Of a DNA stretch of 64,000 nt, positions 57,533-64,000 are shown in pieces. Every line of letters begins with the position of its first letter. Position 1 is the first letter of the stretch. The notes beneath the pieces are model-generated. The model was not told where the DNA came from and ran no database searches. It saw nothing but the letters and a program-made list of their open reading frames with translations. Both the position numbers and the translations under genes were made by a program. The stretch is from a virus (taxonomy: Duplodnaviria; Heunggongvirae; Uroviricota; Caudoviricetes): IMG/VR virus record IMGVR_UViG_3300027744_000008; one strand, written 5' to 3'.

Positions 57533-57561
57533 TTGCAAAGCTAAATAAAAACGTATACAAT
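57533..57561 (+). promoter_or_regulatory. Sigma70-type promoter TTGCAA-N17-TACAAT with TAAATA nested in the spacer
   Basis: -35 at 57533-57538, -10 at 57556-57561, TAAATA at 57542-57547. Confidence 0.6.
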
Positions 57562-57638
57562 AACATGTATGCGTTTTTTGTTTTACAAGGTGTAAAACAA
57601 TATAGGCAAAACAAATAGGCTAACAATAGGAGATAATC

Positions 57639-58613
57639 ATGGCATCATTAGCTGAAATTCGCGCAAAACTAAAGGAACAAGAAACCCGCTCAACAGGCGG
57701 AGAAAGAACAGGCGGAGATAATTCAATTTATCCGTTCTGGAATTTAAAAGAAGGTTCCGAATCAACAGTCCGTTTTTTACCAGACGGCAATCCTGATAAC
57801 ACATTTTTCTGGGTAGAACGTGCAATGATCAAATTGCCATTCGCCGGAGTCAAAGGTGAATCAGAAAGCAAACAAGTAACCGTAAATGTTCCCTGCATGG
57901 AAATGTATGGCGAGACATGCCCAATTCTTGCAGAAGTACGTGGTTGGTTTAAAGATCCAAGTCTTGAAGACCAAGGCCGTAAGTACTGGAAGAAACGTAG
58001 TTACATTTTCCAAGGGTTCGTTGGTGACGATGGCCTTAAAGAGGAAAGCAAGCCAGAAAATCCAGTACGTAGATTCATCATCGGTCCACAGATCTTCCAA
58101 TTGATTCGTGGCGCATTGTTGGATCCAGAAATGGAAGACCTGCCAACAGATTTGGTCAACGGTGTTGATTTTAAATTGATCAAGACTAGTAAAGGTGGTT
58201 ATGCTGACTACTCTACTAGCAAGTGGAGTCGTAAAACTCGCCCATTAAATGACGGCGAACAAGACGCACTCAAAGCCCATGGCTTGTATAATCTTAAAGA
58301 TTACTTGCCCAAGAAGCCAGGTGAAGTCGAAGTTAAAGTTATCAAAGAAATGTTTGAAGCGTCAGTAGACGGCGAAGCATTTGATATGGCTCGTTGGGGG
58401 CAATACTTCAAACCAGCAGGTATGGGTCAGGCAACTGGAGATCCTAATTCTTCAAAAGCCAAAGCGGCAGTAGTAGACATTGACGACGTACCGTTTGACG
58501 GTGGTCGTACTGTTAGCACTCCTGCGCCAAAAGCAGACAGCACTCCTGCATCCGGTGGCGACAGCAAAGCCCAAGACATCTTGGCAATGATTCGCAATCG
58601 TCAGAAAGCATAA
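57639..58613 (+). CDS. gp32: Single-stranded DNA-binding protein, T4 gp32-like
   Basis: VRFLP, C......CPI, YWKKRSY, G.DFKL.K...GGYADY..S.W motifs; upstream of uvsX. Confidence 0.85.
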   Translation: MASLAEIRAKLKEQETRSTGGERTGGDNSIYPFWNLKEGSESTVRFLPDGNPDNTFFWVERAMIKLPFAGVKGESESKQVTVNVPCMEMYGETCPILAEVRGWFKDPSLEDQGRKYWKKRSYIFQGFVGDDGLKEESKPENPVRRFIIGPQIFQLIRGALLDPEMEDLPTDLVNGVDFKLIKTSKGGYADYSTSKWSRKTRPLNDGEQDALKAHGLYNLKDYLPKKPGEVEVKVIKEMFEASVDGEAFDMARWGQYFKPAGMGQATGDPNSSKAKAAVVDIDDVPFDGGRTVSTPAPKADSTPASGGDSKAQDILAMIRNRQKA

Positions 58614-58681
58614 GTGAAACACAGCTTGGGCCTCTGCGACTCAGTCGTACGCCCAGGTTATCATCATAGGAGAAAATAATT

Positions 58682-59737
58682 ATGGCTACAAAAGCCTTCG
58701 ATTTATCGAAGTTTCGTAAAACCTTGACCAAGAGCATTGACGGTCTAGGTGTTGGCTTTAACGACCCCACCGATTGGGTTGGTACTGGCAACTATGCTCT
58801 AAATTATCTTATCAGTGGAGACTTCAATCGAGGCATTCCACTGGGCAAGGTTACTGTGTTTGCAGGTGAAAGTGGTGCAGGTAAATCATATATTTGTTCT
58901 GGTAACATTGTTAAGAACGCACAAGAACAAGGTATATATGTTATCTTAATTGACAGCGAAAATGCACTTGACGAAAAATGGTTACACGCACTTGGTGTGG
59001 ATACCAGTGAAGAAAAACTTCTTAAACTCAATATGGCTATGATTGACGATGTGGCTAGAACTATTCATGAGTTCATGAAAGAGTATAAGGAAATGTCAGA
59101 ACGTCCCAAGGTCATGTTTGTCATAGACTCATTGGGCATGTTACTTACTCCCACAGACATTAATCAGTTTGAAGCAGGTGATTTGAAAGGTGATATGGGT
59201 CGTAAACCCAAAGCACTAACGGCACTGGTTCGTAACTGTGTTAACATGTTTGGTAGTTATAATGTGGGTATGGTCTGTACTAATCACACATACGCAAGCC
59301 AAGATATGTTTGATCCAGACGACAAAATTAGTGGTGGACAAGGGTTTGTCTACGCAAGTTCAATAGTTGTTGCTATGAAAAAACTCAAACTCAAAGAAGA
59401 TGAGAATGGTAATAAAGTTTCAGAAGTAAATGGTATTCGTGCCGCATGTAAGATTATGAAAACACGTTATGCTAAACCTTTTGAAACACTACAGATTAAA
59501 ATTCCATACGAAACAGGTATGAACCCTTATAGCGGTCTTGTTGATCTTTTTGAGAAAGCAGGACTATTAGTACAACAAGGTAATCGACTAAAGTGGGTCG
59601 ATCCAACTACCGGAGAAGAGTTCGTATTCTACCGAAAAGATTGGATAGATGATAAATTAGATATGATAATGAAGAATTATCATTTAACTAAAAAATCAAT
59701 GCCCATTTTAGAGGAGAACAAAGAAGATGTTGAATGA
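58682..59737 (+). CDS. uvsX: RecA-like recombinase UvsX
   Basis: Walker A AGESGAGKS, IDSENA, VIDSLG, NHTY and SGG.G..YASS motifs. Confidence 0.95.
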   Translation: MATKAFDLSKFRKTLTKSIDGLGVGFNDPTDWVGTGNYALNYLISGDFNRGIPLGKVTVFAGESGAGKSYICSGNIVKNAQEQGIYVILIDSENALDEKWLHALGVDTSEEKLLKLNMAMIDDVARTIHEFMKEYKEMSERPKVMFVIDSLGMLLTPTDINQFEAGDLKGDMGRKPKALTALVRNCVNMFGSYNVGMVCTNHTYASQDMFDPDDKISGGQGFVYASSIVVAMKKLKLKEDENGNKVSEVNGIRAACKIMKTRYAKPFETLQIKIPYETGMNPYSGLVDLFEKAGLLVQQGNRLKWVDPTTGEEFVFYRKDWIDDKLDMIMKNYHLTKKSMPILEENKEDVE

Positions 59738-59969
59738 GACACAAATTGGTGATATTTGGCTTTTGTTTAAAGAATATGTAGACAAAAAAGTACAAGATGC
59801 AGCCGCTGAAAGATTTGTTGATTTAATGGCAGATCACGGTGTGAGTGATAAAATTTTTGAAGATGCGCTAGGTTCATGCGACATGCTCGACGATGCTATC
59901 AATTACTATCTTGACAAGGATTCTGATGACGAAGAGCCAGAGTACTACGAAGACGACGAAGATTATTAA
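59727..59969 (+). CDS. Small acidic hypothetical protein
   Basis: 80 aa with an acidic C-terminal tail; GAGGAG SD lies within the uvsX end. Confidence 0.7.
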   Translation: MLNETQIGDIWLLFKEYVDKKVQDAAAERFVDLMADHGVSDKIFEDALGSCDMLDDAINYYLDKDSDDEEPEYYEDDEDY

Positions 59970-59971
59970 GT

Positions 59972-60424
59972 ATGTGGTATTCTAAGATAAGCAAAGACAT
60001 TTCTTACATTCCTGACGCTGTTGAATACTTCAATGCCGAATTACAGGCTGCAAAGTTAGATGCTCGCATAGCGGGGAATATTGAAAAGGCAGCAGCCAGT
60101 ATGCCAGGCGTCGTGGAACATAGGTTTAACCAATTGCAAGAAATTGAAGCTATCTTAGAATATCTCAACATTGAACTTCGCCGTCTTAGAAGTATGCATT
60201 TTCGAAAATATCTCGAAAATTACCAACGTGCTCTAAGTAGTAGAGACTGCGAAAAATTTGTAGAAGGTGAAGTTGACGTTGTTGACTTTGAAAAAATCAT
60301 TAATGAGTTTGCCTTGTTAAGAAATCGATGGCTAGGCATCACTAAGGCGCTAGATCAAAAGCAATGGCAACTGACCAACATTGTAAAACTGCGGATTGCC
60401 GGAATGGAAGACGCATCAATTTAA
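59972..60424 (+). CDS. uvsY: Recombination mediator UvsY-like
   Basis: 150-aa helical protein ending KALDQKQWQLTNIVKLRIAG; located in the uvsX-uvsW cluster. Confidence 0.7.
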   Translation: MWYSKISKDISYIPDAVEYFNAELQAAKLDARIAGNIEKAAASMPGVVEHRFNQLQEIEAILEYLNIELRRLRSMHFRKYLENYQRALSSRDCEKFVEGEVDVVDFEKIINEFALLRNRWLGITKALDQKQWQLTNIVKLRIAGMEDASI

Positions 60425-60427
60425 TTC

Positions 60428-60456
60428 TTGACTTTCTAATTGTAATGTGTTAAAAT
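60428..60456 (+). promoter_or_regulatory. Sigma70-type promoter TTGACT-N17-TAAAAT with extended -10 TG
   Basis: -35 at 60428-60433, -10 at 60451-60456; ATG at 60463 with no SD. Confidence 0.7.
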
Positions 60457-60462
60457 TACTTT

Positions 60463-61635
60463 ATGATTACAATTGATAATTTACTCTTACAAATTGAAAA
60501 TTACGGATTTGAAAAATTCACGTCGTCTATTTCCAGACGTGATCTACGTATTTTAAGAAATTTGGCAAATCTGGTAAAATCTCCAAATTTTATCACCGAA
60601 AATCAAAGTAAGTTATTAATTAAACTACTAACTGAAAATTTTAAACACTTAAATTTTCTAGGGGCTAAGTTACCCGAATCACTGGATGACCCGTGTTGGT
60701 CCAAACAATTTAGAGATAGTGACGATCCTAAAAAAATCACCATTTTTAGCGTCAATGACGAAAAATTCATAAAAATTGAGACCGTTTTAAATTCATACAT
60801 TACAAAAATAATTGCAAGTATAGAAAAAAATGGTGGCAGTAATATAAACACACATAACAGTAAAACAGCGTTAGTACCGTTATCAGAAAAAAATGTAGTC
60901 TTAACAGTAGATGCGTTTAGACCTGAAAATTTTGACATTTCTGATGAAATTTTGGAATTTTATAATACCATCACATCATGGTCTAAAGATGAAATGGCAT
61001 CAAAATTTCAACTTGAGACCCTGGACAACAAAAAAATCCTAAACAAGTTAGAAGACGAATTAGAGTTAAACTCATCCACTGACGAACTCCTTTTTGCAGA
61101 CCGAAAAATTCGGTATCAGTACCAATTTTCACCAAAAACTGAGCCTAGCACCTTAAAAGAAATCATTGCCCATAGGACGTCAAACAAGGTTTTCGTTGAG
61201 TCAACAAAATATAATTTTGAAGAATTAGTTGACTCTTTAGTGGCCTTGAAAAAATTGCCAATTTTGCTAGTTTTTAGTAATTTTTCAGAAAGTGAGTGCC
61301 TTAAGCAGATAGACATGCTGTCGGCAGTTTTAACTAAAAAGAACCTCATTGATGATGTGGGAATTTATTTTAGATTTAAGAATGTAGGTAAAGGACAAGA
61401 TTTCAATCAACGAATTGCCACTAAGAAATTTAATAAACCATTAGATACTACCACAAAAATTGCCGGAGCAGTTAATGGAAAGCTGGCAAAATTTTTCCTA
61501 AAAACAGATTGGCGACCAAATAGTGTTATTACCTTTACTAATAGTTTAAGGCATAATAAAACTTCTGTCTATTGCAATAATTGTGATTTGATAGTATACT
61601 ATACAGATAAATTACCATTAGTTATTAGCACATGA
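60463..61635 (+). CDS. Hypothetical protein (K/N/L-rich)
   Basis: 390-aa ORF with own promoter; ATGA coupled to the helicase gene. Confidence 0.75.
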   Translation: MITIDNLLLQIENYGFEKFTSSISRRDLRILRNLANLVKSPNFITENQSKLLIKLLTENFKHLNFLGAKLPESLDDPCWSKQFRDSDDPKKITIFSVNDEKFIKIETVLNSYITKIIASIEKNGGSNINTHNSKTALVPLSEKNVVLTVDAFRPENFDISDEILEFYNTITSWSKDEMASKFQLETLDNKKILNKLEDELELNSSTDELLFADRKIRYQYQFSPKTEPSTLKEIIAHRTSNKVFVESTKYNFEELVDSLVALKKLPILLVFSNFSESECLKQIDMLSAVLTKKNLIDDVGIYFRFKNVGKGQDFNQRIATKKFNKPLDTTTKIAGAVNGKLAKFFLKTDWRPNSVITFTNSLRHNKTSVYCNNCDLIVYYTDKLPLVIST

Positions 61636-63098
61636 CATGTAGATTGATTATTAAAGACGAAGTGAATATTAAGCTCGAAGGGCTTGATGTTGAAGCACGA
61701 CGAAAGTTAGCAAATACCTTCAAATATGAAATACCTTATGCCAAATATCATCCTGCATACAAACTAGGTCGATGGGACGGCATGGTTAGTTTGTTTGGTC
61801 TAGGTGGTAACGGATACCTAAATCAAATGGAGAAAATTCTTGAGGTATTGAATAAATTAGGTGTTGAAATTGGAGAAATTGAAGACCTAAGACTCAAGCA
61901 TGACTTAACATTTAATGCTGTAACAGAAACATATTGGGCCGATCAAGGTAAGGTGTGGCCTGTAGGTCATCCACAAGAAGGACAACCTATCATGCTTCGA
62001 GATTATCAAATTGAAGCTATCAATCTATTCTTGGAAAATCCACAAGCATTACAACAAATTGCCACAGGTGCGGGAAAAACAATTACCACTGCTACACTGG
62101 CACATCTCTGTGAAAAGATAGGAAGATCTATTGTTATTGTTCCTAATAAAAGTCTAGTAGAACAAACTGAAGAAGACTTTGTCAACGTGGGATTAGATGT
62201 CGGCGTATACTACGGTGACCGTAAAGATCTTAACAAAACTCACACTATATGTACATGGCAATCATTAAACATCTTAGATAAGAAAAGTAAGAATCTTGAA
62301 CACAGCATAGTAACACTAGCTGAATTCCTTGACGGAGTTAAGACTGTTATTGTTGACGAGGTACATATGGCCAAGGCCGAAGTACTTAAAAATCTGCTTA
62401 CACAAAACTTATCTAATGCGCCTATTCGCTGGGGACTAACAGGTACAGTTCCCAAAGAAGCATTTGAAAACGAAAGTATATTTGCCAGCATAGGACCAGT
62501 TATAGGTGGTATTAGTGCCCATGAATTACAAGAACGTGGTGTGTTATCAAACTGCCATGTTAATGTGGCACAGTTAGTTGATGTACAAGAATTTAGAAGT
62601 TATGCCGAAGAAAACAAATATCTTGTCACTGATGATCATAGGATGGCGTTTATTAGTAAACTAATTAATACAATATCAGAAAGTGGAAACACTCTAGTAT
62701 TAGTTAATAGAATCGAGACGGGTAAATTTATAATAAACGAATTGCCAGAGGCTGTATTTGTATCCGGTGCAGTTAAAACTAAAGATCGTAAAGAAGAATA
62801 TGACGAAATTAAAACAAGTGATAACAAGATTATTGTGGCGACTTATGGTGTGGCCGCTGTGGGTATTAATATCCCTAGGATTTTTAATATGGTTCTTTTG
62901 GAACCCGGAAAGAGCTTTGTTCGCGTTATACAAAGCATTGGCCGAGGTATTCGAAAAGCCGAAGACAAAGACTTCGTTCAAATCTGGGACATCACATCAA
63001 CCTGTAAATATGCAAAAAAGCATCTTACAGAGAGGAAGAAATTTTATAAGGAAGCCAAATATCCGTTTACGATTGAAAAAGTAGACTGGCAAAAATAA
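61632..63098 (+). CDS. uvsW: SF2 DNA helicase UvsW-like
   Basis: LRDYQ, ATGAGKT, DEVH, GLTGT, GINIP and QSIGRGIR helicase motifs; WDG N-terminal motif. Confidence 0.92.
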   Translation: MTCRLIIKDEVNIKLEGLDVEARRKLANTFKYEIPYAKYHPAYKLGRWDGMVSLFGLGGNGYLNQMEKILEVLNKLGVEIGEIEDLRLKHDLTFNAVTETYWADQGKVWPVGHPQEGQPIMLRDYQIEAINLFLENPQALQQIATGAGKTITTATLAHLCEKIGRSIVIVPNKSLVEQTEEDFVNVGLDVGVYYGDRKDLNKTHTICTWQSLNILDKKSKNLEHSIVTLAEFLDGVKTVIVDEVHMAKAEVLKNLLTQNLSNAPIRWGLTGTVPKEAFENESIFASIGPVIGGISAHELQERGVLSNCHVNVAQLVDVQEFRSYAEENKYLVTDDHRMAFISKLINTISESGNTLVLVNRIETGKFIINELPEAVFVSGAVKTKDRKEEYDEIKTSDNKIIVATYGVAAVGINIPRIFNMVLLEPGKSFVRVIQSIGRGIRKAEDKDFVQIWDITSTCKYAKKHLTERKKFYKEAKYPFTIEKVDWQK

Positions 63099-63100
63099 TT

Positions 63101-63607
63101 ATGCATATATTAACATTAGACAACACAACATTTGAATTAAATAATCTTCCAGATGAGGTAGACGAAAACACTAGATTTGCAGTCTTAGATAACAGCGACC
63201 CTAAAGAACCTGATTTCTTTTTTATGCCTTTAATATTTCTTGAAAGTTTTAATGCACCCGCAATGGTACTTAGAATTGGCGAAGATGAAATTAGTATGCC
63301 ATTAGATTGGTGTATAGCAGTTGGCGATAGTAGCAGTGCCAGCGATATTGAGATATTGCCATTGACCAGTTTAAATGATAGGGGATTTGAAGCTCTGGTG
63401 TTTAATCCACTTAGTAGTTTTAGAGTAGAGTTTAAACGAATTGAAATTATTAATTTTTACAATGACGTTAAATGGTACTTTCCAAAAATGAAGAATGGAC
63501 AATTATTATCAGTTCCTACACAACTAGGACACAAACCAAATTGTTCATACTTTGTTAAAGAAATTAGTCGTCAAAGTGAAATTATACTATTAGATAAAAT
63601 TTTGTAA
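63101..63607 (+). CDS. Hypothetical protein
   Basis: 168-aa ORF 2 nt after uvsW. Confidence 0.75.
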   Translation: MHILTLDNTTFELNNLPDEVDENTRFAVLDNSDPKEPDFFFMPLIFLESFNAPAMVLRIGEDEISMPLDWCIAVGDSSSASDIEILPLTSLNDRGFEALVFNPLSSFRVEFKRIEIINFYNDVKWYFPKMKNGQLLSVPTQLGHKPNCSYFVKEISRQSEIILLDKIL

Positions 63608-63608
63608 T

Positions 63609-63893
63609 ATGGGAACGCTTAAACCGGGTGCAACTTATATCTACGAACGCAACGGCGAAGAAATATATGCCCGCGAGTTCGGTGAAACAGAACGTAAGTT
63701 GATCGGATACAAATACGAAATGGAAGGTAAACCGGATCCACGTACTAGTGACGGTAGACCATTAGTTGAGCATATACGAGAAGATAAACTATGGGGAGAG
63801 ATTCGGAGAGAAGCAAAAATCAATCCGGCTTTACAAAAGGCTCTAGATCGTGCTATACTAGTATATCGTTTAAGCAAAGATAAACCACAATGA
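63609..63893 (+). CDS. Hypothetical protein
   Basis: 94-aa ORF tightly packed in the operon. Confidence 0.7.
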   Translation: MGTLKPGATYIYERNGEEIYAREFGETERKLIGYKYEMEGKPDPRTSDGRPLVEHIREDKLWGEIRREAKINPALQKALDRAILVYRLSKDKPQ

Positions 63894-64000
63894 GCACTGA
63901 ACAAGATAAATTTAAACATTCTAAGCGTCTACTTAAAGATGAAAATGCTATCAACAAACAAGTTAAAATTGCCAAGGCAGCAGGCGTGACAATTGACGAA
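63890..64000 (+). CDS. Hypothetical protein, 3' truncated (MSTEQDKFKHSKRLLKDENAI...)
   Basis: ATGA overlap with the previous stop; frame open to the window end. Confidence 0.6.
   Translation, partial: MSTEQDKFKHSKRLLKDENAINKQVKIAKAAGVTIDE

Noticed and set aside
52591-63098. Inteins or introns in terminase, UvsX or UvsW
   Set aside because: Lengths are normal and motifs are contiguous; no splicing motifs or frame breaks.
1-64000. Active stop-codon reassignment, tRNA genes, integrase or IS elements
   Set aside because: Core genes are full-length in the standard code, the few longer intergenic gaps show no tRNA cloverleaf, and no transposase or integrase motifs were seen.

Overview
The window is a dense, AT-rich segment of a large T4-like (myovirus-type) phage genome, read cleanly in the standard genetic code. 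In order it carries: the head module (partial portal gp20, acidic core protein, protease gp21, scaffold gp22, major capsid gp23); a ~34 kb block of tail/baseplate fibre and receptor-binding genes (three giant proteins of 2057, 2436 and 1474 aa, plus LamG, Gly-rich and C1q-like modules); an inverted Nudix-gp15-gp14 block facing away from gp13; dNMP kinase and an HNH-like gene; tail sheath and tube; gp4; small and large terminase; putative internal head proteins; and a gp32-UvsX-UvsY-UvsW recombination cluster. I saw no tRNA, CRISPR array, reverse transcriptase, integrase or IS. The most interesting signals are: phycobiliprotein-like C-x-R-D helical repeats inside a giant fibre protein; a recurrent TAAATA late-promoter motif 4-7 nt before ATG with no Shine-Dalgarno (probable leaderless late mRNAs); twin GNRA hairpins and other structured 5' leaders; and visible domain shuffling among receptor-binding genes, including a collapsed 25-codon remnant. 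All product calls come from motif recognition and synteny, not database searches.
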